The notes under the pieces are model-generated. The model was not told the origin of the DNA. It ran no database searches and saw only the letters and a program-made list of their open reading frames with translations. The position numbers and the translations under genes were made by a program. A stretch of 64,000 bases of DNA, taken from NCBI GenBank assembly GCA_964595645.1, contig CAZQQT010000008.1:1-64000 (forward strand), given 5' to 3'. Source of the stretch: an uncultured Thermococci archaeon. GTDB taxonomy: Archaea > Methanobacteriota_B > Thermococci > Methanofastidiosales > B48-G16. Below, in pieces: positions 39,159 to 48,964 of the stretch (positions within the stretch are counted from its first letter, which is position 1; every line of letters starts with the position of its first letter).

Positions 39159-39686
39159 ATGGTTGAAATAATTGAAAAATTAAAAGACATGGATTTGAAA
39201 GAGATCCTGGGCTATGCAATTGGGTCTGAAGAGGCAGCCAACAAATATTACACTGATCTTGCACAAACGATCTCACCTGAGTTAGCAGCTATAAAATTTG
39301 AAAATCTTGCTAAAGAAGAAAAAACGCACAAAAAAGCTCTTCTCAATGTTTTTAAAAAGCATTTTGGCAATGAGGCGTATAAAGTACCCAAAGGACTCCC
39401 TCCTTTGGAGAGCTCAGCGAATGCTGATGATGTGCGAACTCTCATTCAAGCACTCGAAACTGCAATGAAAAATGAGCAAAATGCGCACAGAGTATATACT
39501 CACCTTGCCCTACAGGATAAGGAACATGAAGGTCTTTTCAAGTACCTTGCGGATATGGAGATGGGTCATTACGATGTGCTGCGGAGAGAAAAAGATTCCT
39601 ATGAAGGGCACGTGATCACGGACTCCAAAAGAGGAGAGAGACTTCCCAAGGATCTTTGGGCAGAATTGTTCAAATTTCAGTACTAA
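39159..39686 (+). CDS. Ferritin-like/rubrerythrin-domain protein
   Basis: AI.SEE.A..YY, EEKTH, NEQ.A...Y, EMGH di-iron motifs. Confidence 0.88.
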   Translation: MVEIIEKLKDMDLKEILGYAIGSEEAANKYYTDLAQTISPELAAIKFENLAKEEKTHKKALLNVFKKHFGNEAYKVPKGLPPLESSANADDVRTLIQALETAMKNEQNAHRVYTHLALQDKEHEGLFKYLADMEMGHYDVLRREKDSYEGHVITDSKRGERLPKDLWAELFKFQY

Positions 39687-39991
39687 TAGTGCGAAAATAG
39701 ACCCTATACACCTATAATTTTCCTCTTTTTTTATAAATTCTATTTTAGTTTGAGAGATCCGTTCTTATTCTCCCACTCTTTCACAAGGAATATATAGTCC
39801 TTTCAAAGGATACTCTGGAGCATCAATTGTATCTCATGGGGGAGAATCAAAGGATTAGAAACGTATCCGAAAAATAAGAGTCAGTGATTCATTACGAAAA
39901 TGAGAGTTTCTACGATCAAAAAAGAGTACTTTATGTGCATGCACTATAAAAAATGACAAGATTTAAATATACGCAAAGAGAAGAGAATAAT

Positions 39992-40516
39992 ATGATAGAA
40001 ATTGTCGAAAAATTAAAAGACATGGATCTGAAAGAGATCCTGGGCTATGCAATTGGGTCTGAAGAGGCAGCGAAAGAGTACTACACCAGTCTTGCGGAAC
40101 GGATTGCACATGAACTCGCTGCCACCAAGTTCAAAAATATCGCAAGAGAGGAGGAAACTCATAAAAAAGTCCTTCTGAGTCTGTACAAAAAACGTGTAGG
40201 CAATGAAAAATACACAGTGCCGAGTAATCTTCCTCCGTTGGAGGGATCAGTGGATGTTGATAATGTAACGAGCCTAATTCATGCACTGGAAATTGCAATG
40301 CAAAACGAATATAGAGCGTATCGAGTATATCAGTATCTCTCAGATACTCAAAAGGAATATAAGGATATGTTTACCTATCTTGCCAATGCGGAGAAAGGCC
40401 ATCATGAGATTCTCAATCTGGAAAAGGAGTCGTACGAAAGACCGGTGATGGGGGATCCATCTCTCCTCCATGAAAAACCCGATGAGGTCTGGAAAACGTT
40501 TATACTTCCATGGTAA
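39992..40516 (+). CDS. Ferritin-like/rubrerythrin-domain protein, tandem paralogue
   Basis: Same motifs (EEETH, EKGH); 65-bp near-identical 5' block shared with the upstream copy. Confidence 0.88.
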   Translation: MIEIVEKLKDMDLKEILGYAIGSEEAAKEYYTSLAERIAHELAATKFKNIAREEETHKKVLLSLYKKRVGNEKYTVPSNLPPLEGSVDVDNVTSLIHALEIAMQNEYRAYRVYQYLSDTQKEYKDMFTYLANAEKGHHEILNLEKESYERPVMGDPSLLHEKPDEVWKTFILPW

Positions 40517-40526
40517 CAGCATGTTG

Positions 40527-41396
40527 TTACACTACCACGAATTTTCCTTCTTCCTTTTTAATAAGTCCTTCTTTCTCTAAATCTACGAGGTTTTTTGTTA
40601 TCCTGCTGGGATCTTTCTTGGCGCTCTGTGCTATCTTATGGGGTGTACATGGCTGTTTCAGGAGCATGTCCAGGATTATTCCCCGAATTTCTCTATCAGA
40701 TCCCTTAAATGGAGCTTGTTTCCGATACTGTGCACTCTTTTTGTGTAACTGAGCATGTCTTTTTTTCAGAACAACACCATAATCCATGAGTGCATAGTAC
40801 CACTCTCTCGGCTGTGATCTATCGAGCGTTTTTTTTACCAGTGGATATATCTCGTTATCCTTCACCTGCTCTTTCTGTGGAAAAAAGAAGTATATGAAGA
40901 CCGTGCGAATATTCGTCTCGATAAATACCAGTGGAATGTTGAAAGCAAAGGTCACGACGGCAGAGGCGGTATACTTGCCTATACCTGGGAATGTGATGAG
41001 GGTATCAGGGTCTGATGGAACGTCGCCGTGAAACTCTTCTACTATTCGCTCTGCAGTTTTTTTCAGTGCCATCGCACGCCTATTGTATCCTAGTCCCTTC
41101 CACATTGCAAGTACTTTACGGAAGGGCGCCTCTGCCAATGAACCGATCGTCGGGAATTCGTTGAGAAATGCATTGTATTTTTTGACTACCCGATCTGTCT
41201 GTGTCTGCTGGAGCATCACTTCCGAGACGAGAATATGGTAGGGATTGCAGGTCTCTCTCCACGGGAATTCTCGTTTGTGAACATTATAAAAATTGTAGAC
41301 GATTTGTTGAAATAAAGCGAGTGTTCTTTCTGTTACCCCATTTTTTATCTCCTGCTGAAACTCGGTGATGAGATCGATCCCTGTTTTCTCTTTCAT
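40527..41396 (-). CDS. mutY: A/G-specific adenine glycosylase (MutY-like, HhH-GPD)
   Basis: FPWR...PYHILVSEVMLQQTQ, WKGLGYNRRA, PGIGKYTASA; lacks the Fe-S Cys motif. Confidence 0.88.
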   Translation of the reverse strand: MKEKTGIDLITEFQQEIKNGVTERTLALFQQIVYNFYNVHKREFPWRETCNPYHILVSEVMLQQTQTDRVVKKYNAFLNEFPTIGSLAEAPFRKVLAMWKGLGYNRRAMALKKTAERIVEEFHGDVPSDPDTLITFPGIGKYTASAVVTFAFNIPLVFIETNIRTVFIYFFFPQKEQVKDNEIYPLVKKTLDRSQPREWYYALMDYGVVLKKRHAQLHKKSAQYRKQAPFKGSDREIRGIILDMLLKQPCTPHKIAQSAKKDPSRITKNLVDLEKEGLIKKEEGKFVVV

Positions 41397-41428
41397 GATG
41401 TCCTTCTTAAATAAAAAAAGAAAAGTTT

Positions 41429-42793
41429 TTATTCTTTTTCCAGTGGGTATCTTGCGTTGTTCCACGCCATTATCCCACCTAACATATTTTTCACGTTGTC
41501 ATATCCATTTTTTTTCAGGACACTCGCAGCGATACTCGTTTTAAATCCGGAGTCACAGTAAATAATAACTGGACGATCTTTCGGTACTTTATTCATCTTT
41601 TCTCGAATGTGTCCAACGTAGATGTGCTGTGCGGAGGGAATATGTGCGTTCTTCCACTTATGAATGTCTCTTACATCGAGAATGAAGATATTATCATCAA
41701 GTCTGTTCTTAAGTTCGTGTACAGCCCAGATTTCTATACGTCCGATCTTCTCTGCATTTCTGTACCAGGTCGGGAAGCCGCCGCGAAGATAGCCGCGAAT
41801 GTTATCGTAGCCGAGGCGGATGAGGTATCGTACAGCATCTTCGAGGATATAATTCGATCTATCAACGAGAATAATCGGATCATCGTAGTTGAGTACCCAT
41901 CCACTAAATAAAGGGAGTCCATCATGCCATAAACTAATGCTCCCCGGGATATGTGCACCGGCGTAACTCTCTGGATGCCGAATATCTACTACTTGTGCAC
42001 CAGCGTCCATTTGTTCTTTTATTGTGTCTACCGTTAACGGTTCGGGCCGTGGAAGTGTGTAGAGAAGCGGCGGACCTTTCTTATTGTACTCTTCCATCCT
42101 TTTGAAGTAGGGGGGTGTGTAATGTTGTTCATTTACTTTATAGTCGATAAATTCCTCTTTGCTCATTTGAAGCAGAGAATTCGTTCTCCTTTCGTATCCT
42201 ACAGTAGTAATTTCAGTGTCGCTGATGTTTCCACCGCATACTGATCCTTTCCCGTGAGCGGGACATACAACGACATCATCACCCAGCGGTAAAATTTTAT
42301 TGACGATGCCGTTGTATAGCTTTTCTGCCATTTTTGGTGTATTCTTTTCCCCATAAAAATCAACTCTGCCGGTATCACCGGCAAAGAGGACGTCGCCGGT
42401 ACATACCATCAACACACCATTGGATACTGTACTGTCCTTCACCACAATGGAGATACTCTCATTTGTGTGTCCCGGCGTTTCAAGAATTTCCAATGTTAAC
42501 GTTCCCACAGAAAATGTGTCACCTTCCTTCACAGGATTGCCGTAGGCGAACTCCATTTGATGCCCATGATATATTTCTGCACCTGTTGTATGGGCAAGTT
42601 CCCGTGAGCCGATCACATAATCTTCGTTTCTGTGTGTCTCGAATATATATGTAATTCGTAGGTCATGGGCTTCTGCGTAATCGAGATAGACTTCACAGTC
42701 TCTTCTCGGGTCGATGACTGCTGCTTCTGTGCCAGATCCGATAAAGTACGAGTTATGGGCGAGACCTGCAGATTTTATTTTTTCAAATATCAT
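41429..42793 (-). CDS. MBL-fold hydrolase fused to two rhodanese domains
   Basis: IDPRRD, ETHRNEDY, TPGHT, TGD.LF.GD.GR.D, PAHG.GS.CG, YCDSGFK. Confidence 0.9.
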   Translation of the reverse strand: MIFEKIKSAGLAHNSYFIGSGTEAAVIDPRRDCEVYLDYAEAHDLRITYIFETHRNEDYVIGSRELAHTTGAEIYHGHQMEFAYGNPVKEGDTFSVGTLTLEILETPGHTNESISIVVKDSTVSNGVLMVCTGDVLFAGDTGRVDFYGEKNTPKMAEKLYNGIVNKILPLGDDVVVCPAHGKGSVCGGNISDTEITTVGYERRTNSLLQMSKEEFIDYKVNEQHYTPPYFKRMEEYNKKGPPLLYTLPRPEPLTVDTIKEQMDAGAQVVDIRHPESYAGAHIPGSISLWHDGLPLFSGWVLNYDDPIILVDRSNYILEDAVRYLIRLGYDNIRGYLRGGFPTWYRNAEKIGRIEIWAVHELKNRLDDNIFILDVRDIHKWKNAHIPSAQHIYVGHIREKMNKVPKDRPVIIYCDSGFKTSIAASVLKKNGYDNVKNMLGGIMAWNNARYPLEKE

Positions 42794-42797
42794 GCTA

Positions 42798-43685
42798 TCA
42801 GTAAGGAGATTTACCTGTGACCGTGGGGTTCTTGGGATATGCACTCCATTCAGTAAATGAACCCTCGTAGATCTTCACTTTAGGATATTGAAGATACCAC
42901 TTGAGGAGTGTAAATTCGTTTGTTGCCTCACGACCAGTACCGCAGGAACAGATAATGGTTTTATCCTTCGTTACACCCCTTTCTTTGAGTATTTCACTGA
43001 TTTCATCGTCAGGTTTCAGCAGTTTTGTATTATCTGGATCCATCAAGCTTTTCCAGGGGAGATTTACTGCACCAGGTATATGTCCCGACTTGATCCATAC
43101 GGCCTGTCCTTCGTACATTGTCGGCGGCCGTGCATCGAGGAGTAGCACATCATCACGATCCTTCATTTTTTTGAATTCCTCGTATTCAACGAAGTATTCT
43201 TTTCGCACCTTTACGGTAAAATTGGATTCTCTAATTTTTGGGAATTCTTTTGTTAATGGTCTTTTTTCTTCTTTCCATTTATCAAGCCCGCCATCAAGTA
43301 TATAGACATTGTCATGTCCAAATTTAGCGAGAGAATATGCCATCATCGTCTGTTCTAGTCCATCGCCAAGTCCAGCAGCACACTTACTGAACGACGATCC
43401 GGGCCCGCTATAGATCACTACTGGATCCGTAGGATCGAAGCCCATACGACGGAAATTGGCTTGCATTGTTTTTTTAGGTACATACATAGCGGGCTGGCTA
43501 CCCAAATGGATACGTAGCAGTCCTTCATTGAAATATCGCGCGCTTGGAATATGCTCAAGAATATAGTCATGGATGTTCGGCTGCACATCTACTACCGTCA
43601 CCTCATCGAGATTTTCTTCTAACCATCCTGTAGATACCCACTTCACCTTTCCTTCTCCAGATGGATACGGGTATGTTTTTTTCAT
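42798..43685 (-). CDS. Thiosulfate sulfurtransferase (two-domain rhodanese)
   Basis: HIPSA, LDGG..KW, GHIPGA, CGTGRE active loop, YEGSFTEW. Confidence 0.93.
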   Translation of the reverse strand: MKKTYPYPSGEGKVKWVSTGWLEENLDEVTVVDVQPNIHDYILEHIPSARYFNEGLLRIHLGSQPAMYVPKKTMQANFRRMGFDPTDPVVIYSGPGSSFSKCAAGLGDGLEQTMMAYSLAKFGHDNVYILDGGLDKWKEEKRPLTKEFPKIRESNFTVKVRKEYFVEYEEFKKMKDRDDVLLLDARPPTMYEGQAVWIKSGHIPGAVNLPWKSLMDPDNTKLLKPDDEISEILKERGVTKDKTIICSCGTGREATNEFTLLKWYLQYPKVKIYEGSFTEWSAYPKNPTVTGKSPY

Positions 43686-43823
43686 ATTGTCACCTCCTTT
43701 TGTTATTTTTTTAGTACTATTATTAAATTCTTATTAATATTTATAATCCTTTCGCATCAGGTGTTATTGTTTTCATAATAAGGTATAAAAAGTCGTTTTA
43801 CAGGTGTATGTACAGGTGATAAA

Positions 43824-44060
43824 ATGGCAAATGTAACGGTATACACAACACCTACATGCCCCCACTGTAAACGAGTGAAGGATTTTCTTACAGAAAAGGG
43901 AATAGAATTCGAAGAAATAGATGTTTCATCCGATAAAGAGGCCGCCATGAAGATGGTGAAGAAATCGGGGCAAATGGCAGTACCACAAACTGAGTTTAAT
44001 GGAAATATTATTATAGGATTCGATAAAGAGGCACTGAAAACAGAAATAGCGAAGATGTGA
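43824..44060 (+). CDS. Glutaredoxin-like protein (NrdH/YruB type)
   Basis: YTTPTCPHC, SGQMAVP, IIGFD. Confidence 0.93.
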   Translation: MANVTVYTTPTCPHCKRVKDFLTEKGIEFEEIDVSSDKEAAMKMVKKSGQMAVPQTEFNGNIIIGFDKEALKTEIAKM

Positions 44061-44219
44061 AAAAAGGATAGAGATCCTAAAAAATACAACCGCTAATATT
44101 TTTTTAAAATTTATAAAGAGTCTCCTACTTTAATATGTATATATTACTTAATAAAAATCTTTTTAAAGAAAAGGAATAATACATTTAAAATCAAGCTTCA
44201 CAGCTAAAGGAGGAAGACA

Positions 44220-45146
44220 ATGCCCAAAAAGATTGTAGAGGTCAATACTTTAGTAAAAGAGTATAAAGATGTCACAGCGGTAAATGAAATATCCTTTGAT
44301 ATTTACCAAGGAGAAATTTTCTCACTTGTTGGACCCAACGGTGCAGGAAAAACGACGACCGTCGAGATACTTGAGTGCTTACGTAGTCCCACGAGCGGTA
44401 CTGCCACCGTGCTCGGATACGATATCCACAAGGAAGAAACAGCGATAAAAAAACGAATTGGCGTGATGCCACAGGATTTCAGTGGATTTGAACGTCTCAC
44501 CGTAAAAGAAAATGTAGAGCTGATTGCTCATGTGTACGAAGTGGAACCCAAAACAGAGGAGGTACTTAAGGATCTCGGTGTGTGGGGGGAGAGAGATAGA
44601 CAGTTTCACCAACTGTCAGGGGGGATGCAACGGCGCGTGGGAGTGTGCATGGCGCTCATCAGTGATCCCGATCTTCTCTTTCTGGATGAGCCGACCACGG
44701 GACTGGATCCTTATGCCCGTCGGGAGACATGGAGTGTGATACGGATGCTTAAGGATCTCGATAAAACGGTGCTCCTCACCTCTCATTACATGGATGAGGT
44801 AGAGCAGTTGAGTGATAGAGTTGGTGTACTGCTCGATGGAAAGCTTATCGCTACTGATACAGTCCATGATCTCGTCTCACAGTATGGTGGAGGAATCACA
44901 GTCAGAGTTAGAGGAGGAGAGGTTGGAAGGGTGCGGGATCTCCTTCAAAGATTTACCGATGAGATCTCCGAGAGAAAAAGTACGATCACAGGAAGATTTG
45001 CTAACAGAGAAGAGGCGAGTAAAGCTCTTACAGAGCTTTATCAGCTCGGCGATGGACATAAAATAGAGATCCTCGAGTCTGGAATGGATGAGGTGTTTAC
45101 TAAGATCGCAGGCGGGCGAGTAGATGAACGAGGTGACCTTGTATGA
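44220..45146 (+). CDS. ABC transporter ATP-binding protein
   Basis: GPNGAGKTT, LSGGMQRR, FLDEPTTGLDP. Confidence 0.95.
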   Translation: MPKKIVEVNTLVKEYKDVTAVNEISFDIYQGEIFSLVGPNGAGKTTTVEILECLRSPTSGTATVLGYDIHKEETAIKKRIGVMPQDFSGFERLTVKENVELIAHVYEVEPKTEEVLKDLGVWGERDRQFHQLSGGMQRRVGVCMALISDPDLLFLDEPTTGLDPYARRETWSVIRMLKDLDKTVLLTSHYMDEVEQLSDRVGVLLDGKLIATDTVHDLVSQYGGGITVRVRGGEVGRVRDLLQRFTDEISERKSTITGRFANREEASKALTELYQLGDGHKIEILESGMDEVFTKIAGGRVDERGDLV

Positions 45147-46405
45147 AACGTGCATTTGCAATATTTCGTGCACTGATAAAAGAGTGGCTTAGAAGCAAGA
45201 GTGGCATGTTTTTTTCACTGCTCTTTCCCATCATGCTTCTCCTGATCTTCGGTACTGTCTTCAGTGGTCAGGGGAGTACGCGGTATATGTTGCATGTCCA
45301 AAACCATGATCTTCAGAACGGAGAGCCTACCGAGATGTCTGAGAGATTTATTGAGGTACTGGAGAACACACAAATTTTTCAGGTAAAATCGCTGGAACCT
45401 AACGTTGATGTTGATGCGTATGTCAAGGAAAATCCATCTTTTGAGTACAGCTATCGTGTGTTGATTATTCCTGAAGGGTTTGAAGATGCAACGCTTAATA
45501 AAAGCATGGAACTCCGATTGACTGTCATGAGTGATACTTTTTCGAAAATAAAAGATTATTATGGGGGGTTTATGGGTGAGGAGGAACTCCAAGCCATGGA
45601 AAAAGGCCAAGAGCAGATGGAGCAGATGAAAACCATGATTTCCGGTTCCAAGGGGACAGAGCTCCAATTCTTAGTCCAGGGAAATGATATGTCCTCTAGC
45701 GCAATTCAAGGCATCCTCAGGAGCGTTATCAATGCGTTCAACAACCAGCTCATCGGTGTGGAGGAGCAAGCTATTGAAATAACGACAGATTCCCTTGCGA
45801 CAGAAGGGATCAGTGCAACGGATTATTACATTCCTGGCCTGATTGCCGCATTTATCATGACGAATGGTATCATTGGCGCAACGATTACCATTACAGAGCA
45901 CAGAAGAAATGGGACTCTGAAACGACTGGCCGCCACACCACTCCCCAAGAGCTCCTGGATACTTGGTAATATACTACAACAGGCAGTATTGGCATTTCTC
46001 CTCACGAGTATTATGGTCACAGCAGGATGGATCATTTTTGACGTTCAGGCTCTTCCAGGACCCTACGCGCTTATACTCATCTTTATTGGCTCAGTTACGT
46101 TTTCTGGAATGGCCATGGTGCTTGGAGGATTCATCAAGGATGTTGAGGCTGCAAGTGGTGCTGCAAATGCTATTGCGTTCCCTATGATGTTCCTTTCAGG
46201 AGCCTTTTGGCCCGTAGAGATGATGCCAAGTTATATGCAAACAATTGCTAAGGCACTTCCACTCTACTACTTCCACGATGGACTAAGGCAGATAATGATC
46301 TTTGACAACCCTTCAGAGGCAAAAATACCGTTTTTAATCATGACTGTCTTGGCAGCGACGTTTATTGTCATTGGAACAGCGGTAACAAAGTGGAAGGAAC
46401 TGTGA
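45143..46405 (+). CDS. ABC-2 type permease
   Basis: LLFPIMLLLIFG, YYIPGL, GTLKRL.ATP, PMMFLSGAFWP. Confidence 0.93.
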   Translation: MKRAFAIFRALIKEWLRSKSGMFFSLLFPIMLLLIFGTVFSGQGSTRYMLHVQNHDLQNGEPTEMSERFIEVLENTQIFQVKSLEPNVDVDAYVKENPSFEYSYRVLIIPEGFEDATLNKSMELRLTVMSDTFSKIKDYYGGFMGEEELQAMEKGQEQMEQMKTMISGSKGTELQFLVQGNDMSSSAIQGILRSVINAFNNQLIGVEEQAIEITTDSLATEGISATDYYIPGLIAAFIMTNGIIGATITITEHRRNGTLKRLAATPLPKSSWILGNILQQAVLAFLLTSIMVTAGWIIFDVQALPGPYALILIFIGSVTFSGMAMVLGGFIKDVEAASGAANAIAFPMMFLSGAFWPVEMMPSYMQTIAKALPLYYFHDGLRQIMIFDNPSEAKIPFLIMTVLAATFIVIGTAVTKWKEL

Positions 46406-46495
46406 GAAGTTCCTTTATTTTTTCATTTTTCTATTCTCAACGATTAAGTATATAATACAGTCCAATGTATAACAACATACAAAGGAGGAAACACC

Positions 46496-47182
46496 ATGAA
46501 GACATTAGGAATCATCGGAGGACTTGGTCCCGAGGCTACACTGGAGTACTACTATCTCATTAACGAAAAATACTATGAGAGACACCATAGTTACCCAGAG
46601 CTTCTCATATACAGTATGGACATGATGAACTTTCTCAAGATGGCGGGAGCAGAAGAGTGGGATCGCATGACGGAACTCTTGACAGGAGCAGTTACCTCGC
46701 TCCACAGAGCTGGGGCAGATGTTGCACTGATCGCGTCAAATACGCCTCATATTGTCCTTGATGATGTAGATGCCAATGCTCCTATTCCACTGATAAGCAT
46801 TGTAGAAGAGACTCTAAAAACTGCCGAAAAACATCACCTAGAGAATGTAGGCCTTCTTGGGACCAAATTCACCATGCGCGCAGATGTTTACCAGAAGGCA
46901 TTTTCAAGGAAAAATATCAAAATAACAACACCCAATAAAGATGAACAGGAATATATCCATACAAAGTTGGTAGAAGAGATTGGAATGGGGGAGATTGTGG
47001 AGGACACGCAACAGGAACTGCTTTCCATTATCAAAAGAATGATAGATGATGATTCAATCGATGGCGTGGTACTAGGATGTACAGAACTGCCTCTTATTCT
47101 TACAAAGAACGAGTTCGGTATTCCGTTTTTAAATACAACGGAGATTCATACAGATAGTGCACTGGATATAATGGAAGAATAA
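46496..47182 (+). CDS. Aspartate/glutamate racemase family protein
   Basis: GIIGGLGPEAT..YY, ASNTPH, GLLGTKFTM, LGCTELP. Confidence 0.9.
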   Translation: MKTLGIIGGLGPEATLEYYYLINEKYYERHHSYPELLIYSMDMMNFLKMAGAEEWDRMTELLTGAVTSLHRAGADVALIASNTPHIVLDDVDANAPIPLISIVEETLKTAEKHHLENVGLLGTKFTMRADVYQKAFSRKNIKITTPNKDEQEYIHTKLVEEIGMGEIVEDTQQELLSIIKRMIDDDSIDGVVLGCTELPLILTKNEFGIPFLNTTEIHTDSALDIMEE

Positions 47183-47239
47183 TCTGGTCAAGCAGGAAAA
47201 AATAAAAAGAGAGATATGAGATAAAGAGTAGGTGATCTG

Positions 47240-47734
47240 ATGATAGAAGGTACCGCTTTCAAGTATGGTGACGATATAAATACCGATGTGATATATCCTG
47301 GAAAATATGTATATAGAATGTTAGAGCCTGAAGAAATGGCTGAACACGCGTTGGAGGATCTCGACTCTACGTTTCCGGAGAGGGTCAGCGAGGGAGATAT
47401 AATCGTTGCGGGGAAAAATTTTGGTTGTGGTTCATCACGGGAACAGGCTGTGACCTGTCTAAAGTATGCTGGTGTTTCCGCGGTTATTGCAAAGTCCTTT
47501 GCACGAATCTACTACAGAAACTGTATCAATAACGGTGTGATTCCTATTGTATCTGAAGAGGCATCCGAGTATATCGAGGATGGCGATACGGTGAAAATTG
47601 ATGTGTTGAAGGGCAAAATTTCTACGAAGAACAAAGAGTTTGAGTTCATGCCCCTCCCTGAATCCGTAATGGAGATTATAGAGAGTGGCGGGCTTTTAAA
47701 ATATACAAAGAAGGTGATAGAATGCAAAAAATAG
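47240..47734 (+). CDS. leuD: 3-isopropylmalate dehydratase/homoaconitase small subunit
   Basis: GDDINTDVI.PG, AGKNFGCGSSREQA, AKSFARIYYRN. Confidence 0.9.
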   Translation: MIEGTAFKYGDDINTDVIYPGKYVYRMLEPEEMAEHALEDLDSTFPERVSEGDIIVAGKNFGCGSSREQAVTCLKYAGVSAVIAKSFARIYYRNCINNGVIPIVSEEASEYIEDGDTVKIDVLKGKISTKNKEFEFMPLPESVMEIIESGGLLKYTKKVIECKK

Positions 47735-48900
47735 TAACGATGCCTGGAGACGGCATAGGAAAGGTAGTGCTACCAGAGGCGTTGCGTGTACTGGATGCAG
47801 TTGGCTTCGAGGCTGATTATATCGAGGCTGATATTGGCTGGAAATTCTGGGTGAATGAGGGTGATCCCCTCCCCCAGCGAACAATCGATCTTCTTGAGAA
47901 GCATCGTATCGGACTCTTTGGAGCGATTACATCGAAACCAAAGGATGTCGCGGCAAAAGAGCTTTCTCCTGAACTTCATGGGAAGGAATTAGTATACTAC
48001 AGCCCGATTGTCCGGTTACGGCAGCATTTCGATCTCGATCTCTGTATACGCCCATGTAAAACATTTAAGGGGAATCCTCTCAACTTCATACGGCGGACGA
48101 AAGACGGAGAAGTTGAAGAGCCGGAGATCGATGTGGTGGTCTTTAGACAGAACACCGAGGGACTCTACGCAGGTGTCGAGTGGACCAACCCACCATCCGA
48201 GGTGAGAAAAGCGCTGGAGACACACCCAAAAATGTCAAAGTTTAAGGATGTTCCGGGAGAGGATCTCGCCGTCTCCACGAGGATATTCACCCGTCCTGCG
48301 TGTAAGAGAATCTTGACGGAAGCGTTCAAGTATGCGGAAGAGTTTGGGTACGGATCTGTCACCGTTGCCGAAAAACCAAATGTGATTCGTGAGACGTCGG
48401 GGATGATGAGGGAAGAAGCAATACAGATCTCGGAGGAATACCCTGAGATCGATCTATACTTTACCAATATTGATGCACAGATGATGTGGATGACGAAGAA
48501 TCCAGAGGACTACGATATTATTGTTGCAGGCAACATGTTCGGTGATATTGTCTCCGATGGGTTTGCAGGACTTACCGGAGGTCTCGGCTTCGCACGAAGT
48601 GCGAATGTTGGAAAGGACTGCGCCGTTTTCGAGCCTACTCATGGATCAGCACCGAAGTACGCCGATCTGGATCCCTGCATCGTTTCTCCGTTCGCTATGA
48701 TTCTCTCGGCTGCCATGATGCTGGACTACCTCAAAGAGTACGATATGGCTGAGAGGGTACGCGATGCCGTAGCAGAGGTCGTTGCCGAGGGGAAGGTCCG
48801 TTCCTACGATATGCTGAAGCTTAAAGGAGGTCCGGATGTACTCAAAAAAGGAGCCGCGTCGACCCCACAGATTACCGATGCGATAATTGACCATCTATAA
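47722..48900 (+). CDS. Isocitrate/isopropylmalate dehydrogenase family enzyme
   Basis: PGDGIG, RQNTEGLY, NMFGDIVSD, FEPTHGSAP. Confidence 0.92.
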   Translation: MQKIVTMPGDGIGKVVLPEALRVLDAVGFEADYIEADIGWKFWVNEGDPLPQRTIDLLEKHRIGLFGAITSKPKDVAAKELSPELHGKELVYYSPIVRLRQHFDLDLCIRPCKTFKGNPLNFIRRTKDGEVEEPEIDVVVFRQNTEGLYAGVEWTNPPSEVRKALETHPKMSKFKDVPGEDLAVSTRIFTRPACKRILTEAFKYAEEFGYGSVTVAEKPNVIRETSGMMREEAIQISEEYPEIDLYFTNIDAQMMWMTKNPEDYDIIVAGNMFGDIVSDGFAGLTGGLGFARSANVGKDCAVFEPTHGSAPKYADLDPCIVSPFAMILSAAMMLDYLKEYDMAERVRDAVAEVVAEGKVRSYDMLKLKGGPDVLKKGAASTPQITDAIIDHL

Positions 48901-48964
48901 AGAGTTCTACTACCTTTTTTTATTTTTTAACCAAACCTTATATACTGTTCTAAGAAGGAATATC

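Noticed and set aside
39700-39950. Possible decayed ORF or ncRNA between the ferritin-like genes (similarly 50970..51200)
   Set aside because: Only short interrupted frames, with no recognisable homology or structure.
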